A DNA stretch of 64,000 nucleotides, from IMG/VR virus record IMGVR_UViG_2721755712_000001. One strand, given 5' to 3'. The notes below the pieces were generated by a model. It ran no database searches and had not been told where the DNA came from. It saw only the letters and a list, made by a program, of their open reading frames with translations. Positions 10,552 through 23,071 of the stretch are shown here, in pieces. A program made the position numbers and the translations under genes. Numbering within the stretch: position 1 is the first letter of the stretch; the number at the start of each line of letters is the position of its first letter. The DNA comes from a virus (lineage: Duplodnaviria; Heunggongvirae; Uroviricota; Caudoviricetes).

Positions 10552-10962
10552 TTAAGGGTTAGTGAGAGCTTGAAATGCGGCCGCGTAGGCAGCGATATCG
10601 ACCATAATTTTTGGATCTTTCGCGTACTGATGTGCGTTGTTAGGGAAGATTGCCAATAGGCTATACACATCTTGGAAATGTGCATGTTGACTGTAAACGA
10701 GTGCACGGTCGCTTGTGCAATTGAATCTGCTGCGGCTGCTGGTTCGTTCTTGCTTCGTGAACAAGAGATGAACGTGATAGACGCGGGAGGACACGATAGC
10801 ACCAGGAGCCGTATACGGGCCATCTTTGCCGAATATGGCTGGGTACATGCCTTGTTTAAACGACTTGAAATCGTTGAGTAACGTAATCTCTAAGTCAGGC
10901 TTTATATCGAAGGTCGGCTTTAAAAATTGGGCGTAACTATCACTGTTCCATGTGATCTTCAT
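10552..10962 (-). CDS. hypothetical protein
   Basis: 136-aa ORF, co-oriented and adjacent to the 10972..11580 ORF. Confidence 0.35.
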   Translation of the reverse strand: MKITWNSDSYAQFLKPTFDIKPDLEITLLNDFKSFKQGMYPAIFGKDGPYTAPGAIVSSRVYHVHLLFTKQERTSSRSRFNCTSDRALVYSQHAHFQDVYSLLAIFPNNAHQYAKDPKIMVDIAAYAAAFQALTNP

Positions 10963-10971
10963 CGTTCAACC

Positions 10972-11580
10972 TCAATGGAATGAGAAGTTGGCGAAGACGT
11001 CCTCATCAATGAGGCCAGTCTGCGATTCGATGACGTCTACGTCGTTAAAACACTGATTTAAAATCAATAGCAGATCAGAGATAGCTAAACGATACTCAGT
11101 TACAGAATCGCTCAAGCGTTTCAAATATGGATGAGGTTGCTCAGAGTCGCGAATCAACTTGTTAACGAATCCCTCCAAACCACGAATGGTCAGGTCAACG
11201 TTCTTCAGTTCTTCGTAACGACTTTCACCGAAGTTGCTGCGAATCTTTTCCGCTTTCCATCCAGAGATGGCATGGGCTAAGCGAACGTGTTTCGCCGTCA
11301 ATTCTGCGAGCTTGCTTTCAATCTTTGCCAGCTGTGCCGCATCGCGGTTTTCTTGAACAGGAATAGCCGCAGTGCTCACATAGGTTTGTGTTTTGAATCC
11401 TGTGAATTTCGCAGAGGGCTTCATCGTGCCACGGAAGCGTCGATATCCACGCGGTTCAATAAAATCACGCCCAGATTTAGCTGTAGGCTTTGCGTTTGAA
11501 AAGCGTGAAGCGTTAGAGGTCACAGTAGCAAGGGCATTGCTAATGACACTCATATCTTCTAGGCAATTTTCTAAACGCAT
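10972..11580 (-). CDS. hypothetical protein
   Basis: 202-aa ORF; no motif recognised. Confidence 0.35.
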   Translation of the reverse strand: MRLENCLEDMSVISNALATVTSNASRFSNAKPTAKSGRDFIEPRGYRRFRGTMKPSAKFTGFKTQTYVSTAAIPVQENRDAAQLAKIESKLAELTAKHVRLAHAISGWKAEKIRSNFGESRYEELKNVDLTIRGLEGFVNKLIRDSEQPHPYLKRLSDSVTEYRLAISDLLLILNQCFNDVDVIESQTGLIDEDVFANFSFH

Positions 11581-11675
11581 AAAACCTCTTAACTGCTCAA
11601 TGGCTCGTAACTAAGTGTACGCTGTGCTGATGAAAGCTACAAATAATAAATGGCCCCAAAAGGAGCCGTATTGTA

Positions 11676-11921
11676 TTACAGAGTGCTCGCAAAAGCAGCA
11701 AATTCTGTGTATCCGCCAATCGGCTGGCCATCGATCAGCACCTGGGGGATCGTCTCTACCGGTTTACCAACAATTTCGCTAAGTTTTTCCTTCTCGATAC
11801 CGGCAGTGGTGATGTCGATGTACTCATAATCACCGTAGCCATGTCCCTTTAGTTGCTTCGCCAGCTCGACCGCACGTTTGCAGTATGAGCAGTTATCTCG
11901 TCCGTAGATAGTGATCGTCAT
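11676..11921 (-). CDS. glutaredoxin-like protein (NrdH/Grx fold)
   Basis: 81 aa; active-site CSYC near the N-terminus and C-terminal IPQVLIDGQPIGGY typical of glutaredoxins. Confidence 0.8.
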   Translation of the reverse strand: MTITIYGRDNCSYCKRAVELAKQLKGHGYGDYEYIDITTAGIEKEKLSEIVGKPVETIPQVLIDGQPIGGYTEFAAFASTL

Positions 11922-12094
11922 AACTTAACAAATACCTTTATAAATATTGATTCGAACATATCAGACTATACTACAAACAGATTTTTTTGATAAGTATGTA
12001 GTAACTTATTGGTTAACTAGTAAACAATTGAAGTGATTACGACAATAGATTACAGTAAGGATTGCCTTGAAATGTACATTTTATAGAGGTTTTA

Positions 12095-13003
12095 ATGATT
12101 GGTAAGTTGTCTGATTCTTTGATTGAAAATAAATACAACGAATTTAGAGAAGAAATATCTTTACTTTTTGACTATTTAAATCAGATAAATGATACAACAA
12201 AGAAAAATATAAAACGTCTTCTTAAAGAAGTGGAGTATGCACAGAATCCAGATACTATTATTAATATTAATGAAACTATTAAGATTAAGTGTGGCACAAC
12301 GTTAGCTCGCCATTTATGTTCAAACCCATATACAGGTTCAACATTAGAGATAGGTAACAGCGCCATTGATTTAGAAGAAAAGATAAGATTGTGTAATACT
12401 TTGAAAAATAAACAATATCAGTGGGTTATTACTGAAGCCTATGAGTTACTGGAAGACTATATTGAGGCAATATATGTCTATACTGTATGTGTTCGAAATG
12501 ATTTATGGTCCTCAAGTGATTTTGGTAAGGTTGAAGATGATGAAATTGGGAAAAGGGAAGTTTATTACAGATTATTAAAAGCAAAAAGTAACCCATCGAA
12601 AAAAATAACTAAAATTTTCAGAAATAAAATACCTGGCTTCAAAGAGATAGAAACAAACAACAAGATTGGCAAAAACTATCGCTTTAACATCAAGCTAATT
12701 GAACTACTAAGACATACAATAGTACACAATAGTGGACGATTCAATGATACAGAAAAATTTATAAATAAGGTTTTAGATGAATCTGAAATAAACGGTAAGA
12801 AAAGAGTTATTGGAGAAAGAGCTGTTAGAAGTTACATTACTAAAGTGCAAGAAGATGATATTGTGATGCTCTTAGAAAGACCATCTGAAATTTTAGGTTC
12901 TTTTGGTGGGTATTTTAACAGAGCAAAATTTTTACTAAGTGATATTTTAGAATACTCACTAATCATTAAAGAAGAACTAAAATCATATCTAGGCAATCAT
13001 TAA
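12095..13003 (+). CDS. AT-rich hypothetical protein with HEPN-like R-x4-H motif (possible abortive-infection-type protein)
   Basis: 302 aa; strongly AT-rich and Lys/Asn/Ile-rich relative to neighbours; motif LLRHTIVHNSG (R-x4-H); own terminator. Confidence 0.3.
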   Translation: MIGKLSDSLIENKYNEFREEISLLFDYLNQINDTTKKNIKRLLKEVEYAQNPDTIININETIKIKCGTTLARHLCSNPYTGSTLEIGNSAIDLEEKIRLCNTLKNKQYQWVITEAYELLEDYIEAIYVYTVCVRNDLWSSSDFGKVEDDEIGKREVYYRLLKAKSNPSKKITKIFRNKIPGFKEIETNNKIGKNYRFNIKLIELLRHTIVHNSGRFNDTEKFINKVLDESEINGKKRVIGERAVRSYITKVQEDDIVMLLERPSEILGSFGGYFNRAKFLLSDILEYSLIIKEELKSYLGNH

Positions 13004-13004
13004 C

Positions 13005-13034
13005 AAAAAAGGGGCCGAAGCCCCTTTGGATTTT
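13005..13034 (+). terminator. Rho-independent terminator
   Basis: A-tract, GGGGC-CGAA-GCCCC hairpin, then TTTGGATTTT, immediately after the 12095..13003 stop. Confidence 0.75.
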
Positions 13035-13183
13035 GCGCTTAAAAAAGTGTTGCTAGGATGTTAGCAAGCTATATGGTTAAGAACGTCTGCCGTAATTGTC
13101 TATCACAGCGTTGAGCGGTCTGGTTTATGTTAGCGGAGTCTTAATCGAGTTGATTAAAAGGCCAAACCGCTCAACGCTGTGTC

Positions 13184-13270
13184 TGGCGGAGAGTAATGGA
13201 ATCGAACCATCATCGTTTGCACAATGGGACGGTTTTCAAGACCGCTTGAGCACCATGCTCCCTACTCTCC
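13184..13270 (-). tRNA. tRNA-Ser (anticodon UGA), long variable arm
   Basis: reverse complement folds with acceptor GGAGAGT/ACTCTCC, anticodon loop CUUGAAA, T-loop GGTTCGATTCC, encoded GCCA 3' end. Confidence 0.8.
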
Positions 13271-13590
13271 AGCTATTGTGATGGTCGGTACTGAACTCCG
13301 ACACAGGGTTGTAGCAAGCCCCGCAAAGCGCGCACTACTGTAGTTGCGGCACATCAGCCTGTGCATTCATCACAACGGTAAGATCACTACCTTTCGACCA
13401 GTCATTGTGCACATGAACGACGATTAACCGTAATGATATTATCGTTGTGTTGTGAAGCCAGATGCTTATCTTCTGGTTGCTTCAAAGAGCTGCACTTCCT
13501 CACAACGGTAAGAGCACTGGTCTGACTCTATCGATTTACGGCCTTGTGGGTCAGTATCGCCGATTCGCCCAATGCTCTTACCTGTTGTGT

Positions 13591-13666
13591 TGGTGCCGGT
13601 TAACGGACTTGAACCGCTGGCCATTCGCTTACAAAGCGACTGCTCTACCAACTGAGCTAAACCGGC
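13591..13666 (-). tRNA. tRNA-Thr (anticodon UGU)
   Basis: acceptor GCCGGTT/AACCGGC, D-arm GCTCAGTTGGTAGAGC, anticodon loop UUUGUAA, T-loop GGTTCAAGTCC, encoded CCA. Confidence 0.75.
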
Positions 13667-13670
13667 AATT

Positions 13671-13757
13671 TGGTGGGGAGTGATGGAGTCGAACCACCCG
13701 AGTCGCCATGACAGTAGATTTACAGTCTACACCGCTACCTCTACGGACTAACTCCCC
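13671..13757 (-). tRNA. tRNA-Tyr (anticodon GUA), long variable arm
   Basis: acceptor GGGGAGT/ACTCCCC, anticodon stem GTAGA/TCTAC with loop CUGUAAA, T-loop GGTTCGACTCC, encoded CCA. Confidence 0.8.
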
Positions 13758-13762
13758 TAAAT

Positions 13763-13837
13763 TGGCGATGGTGGGTGGATTCGAACCACCGACCAGTTGG
13801 TTAACAGCCAACTGCTCTACCGCTGAGCTACACCATC
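13763..13837 (-). tRNA. tRNA-Asn (anticodon GUU)
   Basis: acceptor GATGGTG/CACCATC, D-arm GCTCAGCGGTAGAGC, anticodon stem GTTGG/CCAAC with loop CUGUUAA, T-loop GGTTCGAATCC, encoded CCA. Confidence 0.8.
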
Positions 13838-14615
13838 AATTCAGCACTGCCAGTATTTATTACTCAACAGTGCCAATCGCGACGGTTTAGTTTCTGCCAG
13901 GAAACGCACCGCTACTTGCACTTTTCGTTAGTGCCAGACGCTTTCGACTTCGCTCAATAGTAGAAGGCAAAATCTTTAAGTAGATGATGTTTCTGAGGAC
14001 AGCACCTACTTTGTAATTTATACAATGTGATGTATGGAATCATTTGTTGTGAAAACAGGCACCAATGGCAACAGTGGTTAAACCTACACAACAATCCCGT
14101 CTTCACAACGTTGAGGCCACTACTCCGATTGAATGTTTGCCCAACATGTTACATATCAACGCTCGCCGGTATCTCTGTGAATAGAACCTTAGAATTGATA
14201 AAAATGTAATGGCCTCAACGTTGTGTGCTGGCTAACCATACCAGCCGGGCTACGTCGCCGCTTTTTAACCCAGTATAAACGACATAATTGAACAAAATGA
14301 CGTAACAGGATGGGCGGTCAGTGGCTAAGAATCCGGGAGTCATATGGAGTTGAAAATATACCAACCGCCCATTCTGTTACTTCATCGGAGGGAACATGAA
14401 TGTTCCCTCCTGCGTTCTGCAATCACACTCGCTCAGTGTGTCCCATTTCGGTAACGAGGCTGGAAACTGACCTCGCTGGTGTTGGGCTTATTAGGCTACT
14501 GCCAGATAGACTTCTTCGTTTGCACTTGTATTTAAGTTCAAACAGTCGCGTCTCAACGAAAACAAAGTCATCTTATACATAAAAGATAAGTAAGTAAATA
14601 CTTATCATGATGTTT

Positions 14616-14906
14616 TTATTCGGTTGTGACTTTTTTGATCAAGGCCACTCTACGACTAGGTGTTCTTGTGATGGTGGCAGTGAATCGTTTCGCCTGGATA
14701 GTAATGGTTTCGTTCTCCTTAAGTTGCCCGTAGCGAGTTTCCACCAGGGTGCCAAGACGCCACAGACCATCATCGATACGTTTATGACTAGCAAATTTTA
14801 TCAGCAACAGTTTTACGACTAACTGACCTACGTAAAAGGCGAATGCGACTCCGGCCGCTAAGAAATAGGTGGCCAACCACCAGTCCCAAGAAGTTAAATT
14901 GCTCAT
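14616..14906 (-). CDS. small membrane protein
   Basis: 96 aa; N-terminal hydrophobic segment WWLATYFLAAGVAFAFYVGQLVV consistent with one or two TM helices. Confidence 0.4.
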   Translation of the reverse strand: MSNLTSWDWWLATYFLAAGVAFAFYVGQLVVKLLLIKFASHKRIDDGLWRLGTLVETRYGQLKENETITIQAKRFTATITRTPSRRVALIKKVTTE

Positions 14907-15051
14907 TTTCTAACCTTTGTTTCATGAACTACCCGATACACACGCTTTCCGATGCACAGTGTTTTGGTTTTAAGTTCCTGCTTAATTAAATCACGACAGA
15001 TGCCGAAGCCAATAAGGAAGCCACCCATAAAAGCTAATGAGATGTATGGAA

Positions 15052-15267
15052 TCATTTTAACGCTCCTGATTCTACTAACCGCTGTAGCAATACTTTCCCT
15101 TTATCAGTTAACTGGTAGTTGGCCGAACACCACGTTTCAGAAACGTTTGCAACCAACCCTAACCGCTCTAACTTAGCCCGCGTTTTAGGCTTCCAGTACT
15201 CAGGGAACTCCGGCCACTTACTGATTTCATGAAGCGTTTCCTTCTCCCGCTTACTTAATACGATCAT
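15052..15267 (-). CDS. hypothetical small protein
   Basis: 71-aa ORF upstream of the ligase gene in the same orientation. Confidence 0.35.
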   Translation of the reverse strand: MIVLSKREKETLHEISKWPEFPEYWKPKTRAKLERLGLVANVSETWCSANYQLTDKGKVLLQRLVESGALK

Positions 15268-15426
15268 CCTTAATCTCCTTCACTGTGTGGGTTATTTCTA
15301 CAATGCGATAAATACGTCCGCGTCGTTCTATAACACCGCTTTTAATGTAGTCATTGATGCAACTGGACATCACAACAATACCGATTAAAAAACCAACCGC
15401 TAAAAATGCAATCATCCAGCCGAGCA

Positions 15427-16749
15427 TCATTCTTTATCTCCGATTCGATCTTCTGTATCGCGTAAGCAACGCGGCCATTTCAGTCGTGGGTGGCGTAAGC
15501 TGCCGTCCGGTGTTTTCTCGTGACAATGAACCTCGACAATACGACCACGGTACTTCTCTTTGTTGTTCCAGATCTCGTCCAGATATTTATGCTTAATGCC
15601 GCTCGCACGAACGATGACGCCGTTTTCAAGACGAATAACAATTTTTCCAAGTGTGTTGGCAAAACCAGAGTCCGGGTCGCCCGGCTCAAAGTCGATAATT
15701 TCACCATCTTCTGAATCTTCGTCTTTTAACTTCCACCAGCTGCGGGTACGTTTAAACTCGTAAACAGAGTTCGGATCTTTGCCCATCTCCCCTTCTTCGT
15801 TATCGTCCAGGCGTTTCATGAAGCGTTCGATGAAGTCTTCGTGGCTATGGATGATGTAGAACGGATGTAGGTGAATGTCTTGCGCGTAGTCTTCACTGCG
15901 ATCGTTTTTGAACAACGCCACGAGAATAGCCAGGCGCTCTTTCAGCTTCATACCTGTCTTTGCATACTCTTTGGATTTAGCCTGTGCCCGCCATTCCGGT
16001 AGGAAGAAGTCGAAAACATGATAAATAGCGCCAATTGCCTGCACGTTCTTTTTGCGCAATGCAGATACGGACTGGTTAAATGAACCGGCTGTTCCTTCAC
16101 CATCGAAGAAGATGTGTTTGTGGCCTGAAAGTTTGCCTAATTCGAGCATGGCTGGCTTTAGGTGATCGAGAGACGTGATTGGATTACCAGTACGAGAAAG
16201 GAAGTTCACCTCTTCCTCGTCAACAATAACCTCACAAATTACTCGCAAACCATCGAGCTTAAGACTGCCAATCATCGGCCATTTTGCTTTAGGATTTGGC
16301 TTGAAGGGGTATTTGTCGCCTTTTTCTTTATACGGTGACGCCAGCTGCACCTCGAATTTCGGAATGGGATTTTCAAAAACCTTGTTGCATAGGCTAATCC
16401 CAACACCTGCTTTCGGGTCTTTTAAGAGGAAACGACGGAACACGTCCTGCCCATCGGCGCACATTGACGCCACGATAGACTCAACAGCAGCTATTGCTGC
16501 GTTCCCCGTTAGCTCGCGAGAGGCCAGCTTATTCAGTACATCAATGGCTTTTTCGTCACTTGGGATGGACTCACTAAGCGGCTCTGCCACTTTGTATTTC
16601 TTTACCCCAAAACGGATGAAAGGGTTGAGCATCAATGAAACCATGCTTTGCTCGAAGTCATCCATGTTGGCCAATGCCTCTTTTTTTGCATTGGTTCCCA
16701 TAGCTTTCATTTCGTCCAGCTTATGCTTAAGTGCGATCAACTTTTTCAT
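15427..16749 (-). CDS. ATP-dependent DNA ligase
   Basis: 440 aa; adenylation motif I SLKLDGLRVICE (KxDG) followed by a nucleotidyltransferase-like core. Confidence 0.8.
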   Translation of the reverse strand: MKKLIALKHKLDEMKAMGTNAKKEALANMDDFEQSMVSLMLNPFIRFGVKKYKVAEPLSESIPSDEKAIDVLNKLASRELTGNAAIAAVESIVASMCADGQDVFRRFLLKDPKAGVGISLCNKVFENPIPKFEVQLASPYKEKGDKYPFKPNPKAKWPMIGSLKLDGLRVICEVIVDEEEVNFLSRTGNPITSLDHLKPAMLELGKLSGHKHIFFDGEGTAGSFNQSVSALRKKNVQAIGAIYHVFDFFLPEWRAQAKSKEYAKTGMKLKERLAILVALFKNDRSEDYAQDIHLHPFYIIHSHEDFIERFMKRLDDNEEGEMGKDPNSVYEFKRTRSWWKLKDEDSEDGEIIDFEPGDPDSGFANTLGKIVIRLENGVIVRASGIKHKYLDEIWNNKEKYRGRIVEVHCHEKTPDGSLRHPRLKWPRCLRDTEDRIGDKE

Positions 16750-17228
16750 TGTTGTTTTGCCTCCATATGTTGATCGATTTGCTCATGTGTTTCTTTTGTT
16801 GTTTCTTCAAGCAACGCCGCATACACGTCAGTGATCGCTGTTTGTGATGTGGTGCTCTTCTTAACCATGCTATTAATCGTTACACTGTCACGTTTTCGTT
16901 TTATAGTTCTGGCTTGTTTATTCCGTTCTTCAACCTCCTTAATGAGCGCGGTCATATCTTCGAAATACAGAGATTCTCCTTTACGAATCTCTTCAACCAT
17001 CATTTTTAACGCCTTGCATTTGCCTGCTTTAATAGCGGTTGCGCACGACTGGAAAGAAGTTCGAGGAAGACGGTTTTCTTTGAAGGCAAGAATGGTGTGC
17101 TGGCAAACGGAATAGCTGCAATATGCCGACTCACCGTTTATCTTTACTTCCTCACAACGAAGTGAATAACCGTTATTTCCTGAAATAGAAGGGATTTTTG
17201 ACAAATCAGCTTTCACAACTACCGCCAT
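16746..17228 (-). CDS. hypothetical protein with N-terminal Cys cluster
   Basis: 160 aa; several Cys in the first 80 residues; translationally coupled to the ligase gene. Confidence 0.35.
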   Translation of the reverse strand: MAVVVKADLSKIPSISGNNGYSLRCEEVKINGESAYCSYSVCQHTILAFKENRLPRTSFQSCATAIKAGKCKALKMMVEEIRKGESLYFEDMTALIKEVEERNKQARTIKRKRDSVTINSMVKKSTTSQTAITDVYAALLEETTKETHEQIDQHMEAKQQ

Positions 17229-17283
17229 AAATAATCTTGTACTTACCTATCGTTATTTGCGTAAAAAACGACGCGCGGAGAGA

Positions 17284-18060
17284 TTACCAACTTCCCCAGC
17301 TAACCATCTTGCGCTGATTGCTTTCTAAGCGATAGGGGACAAGAAGCTCTGTGACATGATTGGTGGCGTATGATTTGGCCTCTTGCTCTATCATCGGTAA
17401 TTCGTTAGCAATCCTGACCACCTTCCAAGCAAATTCCGCCATTACGCCATCACATGCCTTCCCAGCATCAATAACGATATGCACCAGATCCAACTGGCTT
17501 TTGCACATGTCGCAAAGAGACGCATACTCACTCTCTCTGATTACATTTACGGCATCATTAGCCCCTTTATTAAGCAAGACTTCCAACAGATTTTTCGGGG
17601 TAACGAAATCTGCTTTCAGAGATAATGTCTTTTCACCACTTATCGAACGCAAGTACTCTTCGTAGTTATTCTTCATCAAACCGCTGCTGCGCATTGCTAG
17701 AACTGCTTCTTGAATGGCCGCTTCAATAGTTTCGTCGTTTGAAAGACAAAAAACGGTATTTGTGTAGATCACTTTTCCATCCATCCATGCACCAACCTGC
17801 ACTTTAAGACTGAGCGGGTTTTCTTTGCTAATAAAAACAACTAATGCAGAACGCCGTGAACAAGAAGGTTCACCCCATACGTGTAACTCAACTTTCAGAT
17901 AAGGTAGCCCTGGTAGCGGGATCTCGACCAAACGAGTGGCGATATGATCCATTGCTGTTTTTACGGCTTTTTCAATGATGTCTAGCCGATTGCTCTCGCT
18001 GATTTCTAAACCAGTTTTATCAATGATGTCGCAGGCTAATTTCTGAATTTCGTCTTTCAT
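17284..18060 (-). CDS. hypothetical protein
   Basis: 258-aa ORF between the primase and ligase genes. Confidence 0.4.
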   Translation of the reverse strand: MKDEIQKLACDIIDKTGLEISESNRLDIIEKAVKTAMDHIATRLVEIPLPGLPYLKVELHVWGEPSCSRRSALVVFISKENPLSLKVQVGAWMDGKVIYTNTVFCLSNDETIEAAIQEAVLAMRSSGLMKNNYEEYLRSISGEKTLSLKADFVTPKNLLEVLLNKGANDAVNVIRESEYASLCDMCKSQLDLVHIVIDAGKACDGVMAEFAWKVVRIANELPMIEQEAKSYATNHVTELLVPYRLESNQRKMVSWGSW

Positions 18061-18138
18061 ACCAACTCCTAGCTAACAGATGAAAGTATTCTCACAGAAA
18101 GATAAGTAATCATCTACTTATTTTAAAGGTGATTGTTA

Positions 18139-19389
18139 TCATAGAGCCTTAATGCCCAAAACCTTGCTTTGTAACTCCAACTGCTTGGTATACGGTTTTG
18201 CCCGATAATAGGCTTTGATGATTTGCTCTGGCGTTGCATCGCCCGGGTCGAGTCCTTCCTCGCCCAAACACGCCACTTTGACATTAAGACCAATACTGGT
18301 CAGTCGCCTGGCTGCGGCCATCGTATTACGTATAGCTTGCTTTTCACTATCCCACATCATGATCACATTACGTAACCCACGCGCCTTGAGCGTCAGGAAC
18401 GCGCCTAACTGATCTTCTGCATCCTGAGTGGTGTTACCAGATAGATGCATCCCGAACGTTCCTATTGGTTCCACGTAATCACGTAATGTTTCTTCGTCAA
18501 AAATAGCTCGTTTAACCCCCATAACATCGAACGCCCCCTCACAGACAACTACAGTCTGTTTGCCGACTGCATTATGGCCGTTGTAGAGAAACTTACCTGA
18601 AGCTGGAAGCTGCATAGGAAAGAGGTAGCGGCGTTCTGCTGTACCGGTAATGTCTCGTCCCTGAAATGTCTTCATTACCCCATCCAGATCGTAAACCGGT
18701 ATCAGTATTCGCATATCGAATATCTGTCCTTTAACCTGATCTGTATACGGATCTACATAGGCGTGCTTACCTTCGACGCAGTATCGTAGGTCAAAATACT
18801 TTGCCATTTCAGGCGATATGTTTCGTTCAACCAGATAGTCTGGAAGACGGCCATCTATAGGAAGTTCGTAATGACGAGGGAGTGCAAGTGGTCCCTCTAA
18901 CTCGACTGTGCTTGCAAGCACTATCTCTTCTTTCTTTGGTGCCCACCCCTGGGAAAGAAGGGCGTTCTGCACATATTCCTCGAACTGTCGTCGTGATTTG
19001 CCGCTGTAGTGCTTGAGGAAGACCAGCTTATTGAACTGAATCTCTTCGGGATGATCACCAGCGAAGCATTTACCGACGCCACTGGTCAGATTGAAATATA
19101 CCTTCCAGTTGGAGCTGCCGCATACCGGACACTCCTTGATATTCACTTCACGACCGCGAGCACTCACGCCTCCACGTCGATAAACGATACCTTCAGTGTC
19201 CAACCATTGTTCAAAATCTAATTCGGTAATTAGCTCTTTCAGCTCGCTCACGATAATTCCACTTTTAATAGGCAATATTGTGACCAACCTAAATGTTGAT
19301 ATAACATAAAGGCTCATGTGTTTTTCTTTTGTGGTTTGGCAAAAGAAAAGTTGTTTCACCAATGAATCAAGCGTGGAGGTGTTCTCCAC
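18139..19389 (-). CDS. DNA primase (DnaG-like, zinc finger plus Toprim)
   Basis: CPVCGSSNW...KCFAGDHP zinc-binding motif and Toprim-like VVVCEGAFDVMGV acidic cluster. Confidence 0.7.
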   Translation of the reverse strand: MENTSTLDSLVKQLFFCQTTKEKHMSLYVISTFRLVTILPIKSGIIVSELKELITELDFEQWLDTEGIVYRRGGVSARGREVNIKECPVCGSSNWKVYFNLTSGVGKCFAGDHPEEIQFNKLVFLKHYSGKSRRQFEEYVQNALLSQGWAPKKEEIVLASTVELEGPLALPRHYELPIDGRLPDYLVERNISPEMAKYFDLRYCVEGKHAYVDPYTDQVKGQIFDMRILIPVYDLDGVMKTFQGRDITGTAERRYLFPMQLPASGKFLYNGHNAVGKQTVVVCEGAFDVMGVKRAIFDEETLRDYVEPIGTFGMHLSGNTTQDAEDQLGAFLTLKARGLRNVIMMWDSEKQAIRNTMAAARRLTSIGLNVKVACLGEEGLDPGDATPEQIIKAYYRAKPYTKQLELQSKVLGIKAL

Positions 19390-19398
19390 GCTTATTTT

Positions 19399-20739
19399 TT
19401 AGGTAACGTCTAAGATTCGCTCAATGAAGCGCATTTGTTCGAGGTTTTGTTTAACGCGAATGCTGATCCCTCCCTGCTGGTTACGTGAACCAGCAAAGTA
19501 GAGACGAGCCTCTCCTTTCGCTTCTTCTTCTTCTGTTTTGTTGATCGTTATTACCAGGTCAGCAATACGTACTTTTTCGATGTTGTCGGCAGCGTGCATC
19601 ATTGTGGCAACTTCTGACGCGCCACCTTCACGGTTTGTTTGCGATGCTGTGATACCAGCAACGTTGTGTTTGTCATAAAGAGCACGTAAGTCGGTATAGA
19701 TACTACGTATGTTGGCGCGATCATCACGAAGGTCATAACTGGCACGCATCAAATCTGCATAGTCGACAACAACCATGTCAGGCACCATGCCATTGGCTTT
19801 CATGCTGTTAAGCATACGATCCAGATCTGCCGGTGACATACTTCCTGACGGACGCTCAACAACCCACAAACTACCAATCCCCTTCGTGGCTCCCAACTCT
19901 GCCAACTTACGATGAACCTCATCGCGCCGTTCCACCAGCTTGGACATTTCTGTCTCCGACAATCTTGCATCAAAACGGTCGGATAAAATGGTGGTGTGAA
20001 CCTCCAGCGAGAGATACAGAACATTGTAGCCAGCAAGCGTTGCGTTTATGGAAAACTCACCCATTGCGGTCGATTTACCGGATTTAGCGAACCCCATGAA
20101 GAGCACCATTTCACGCTTCGCCCAGCCTTTTTGGTACAGCAACCTATCGAGCAGAGGGAGTCCAGTTGTAATGCTGTTTGGCACATACTCCTCTGAAGCC
20201 TCATATTCACGCGCTTTCAATCGCTCACTTGCGGAGGTGTAGTAGTCATAGATTCCGGTCGCTTCGTTCGATCCAATCTGCTGAACCTTGGCCATGATTG
20301 CCATCGCCCCCTGAAAGTCGCCCTTCTCTTTCAGTTCAGCAGCCTTAATCAGAGCATCATCAAACGCTACGCTTTTTGCGAAGGTTGATACCTGGTCAAC
20401 CATGTACGAGGTATCAGACAATTTTTCTGCAAGGATGCGCTTAAACGCAGCAACAACATCGGCGAATAGTTCCTCACGGATAGTCTTATCGCGTTTCGCA
20501 CGCTTAAGCATATCCAGAATCGCAGATGAAGAGGGCGCGCTCTTGTACATACGGTAATAGCCCGAAACCATATTAACCAATATGGCATTGGCCGCATTGG
20601 CAAATTGGCTAGGTACAACCAGATCTCCAGCACGAGTAAGAAACTCGTGATCACGACAAAAATAGGCCGTCAATCTGTTCTGAAAATCTTCATCAAACTC
20701 TTCGGACAGCCCGCGTCCTGTATGGCAAAGTTCGGTCAT
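19399..20739 (-). CDS. replicative DNA helicase (DnaB-like RecA-fold ATPase)
   Basis: Walker A GFAKSGKST, Walker B VVVDYADLM, ITASQTNREG resembling the DnaB-family Q/R motif. Confidence 0.7.
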   Translation of the reverse strand: MTELCHTGRGLSEEFDEDFQNRLTAYFCRDHEFLTRAGDLVVPSQFANAANAILVNMVSGYYRMYKSAPSSSAILDMLKRAKRDKTIREELFADVVAAFKRILAEKLSDTSYMVDQVSTFAKSVAFDDALIKAAELKEKGDFQGAMAIMAKVQQIGSNEATGIYDYYTSASERLKAREYEASEEYVPNSITTGLPLLDRLLYQKGWAKREMVLFMGFAKSGKSTAMGEFSINATLAGYNVLYLSLEVHTTILSDRFDARLSETEMSKLVERRDEVHRKLAELGATKGIGSLWVVERPSGSMSPADLDRMLNSMKANGMVPDMVVVDYADLMRASYDLRDDRANIRSIYTDLRALYDKHNVAGITASQTNREGGASEVATMMHAADNIEKVRIADLVITINKTEEEEAKGEARLYFAGSRNQQGGISIRVKQNLEQMRFIERILDVT

Positions 20740-20782
20740 GTGCTTTCCTTTGTTTTTTAAACAAATTGTTTTCTAGTATTAG

Positions 20783-23071
<2,289 letters not shown>

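Noticed and set aside
13096-13890. Small ORFs (60 to 73 aa) overlapping the tRNA genes on both strands
   Set aside because: Each overlaps a tRNA with good cloverleaf features; the ORFs are by-products of structured RNA sequence.
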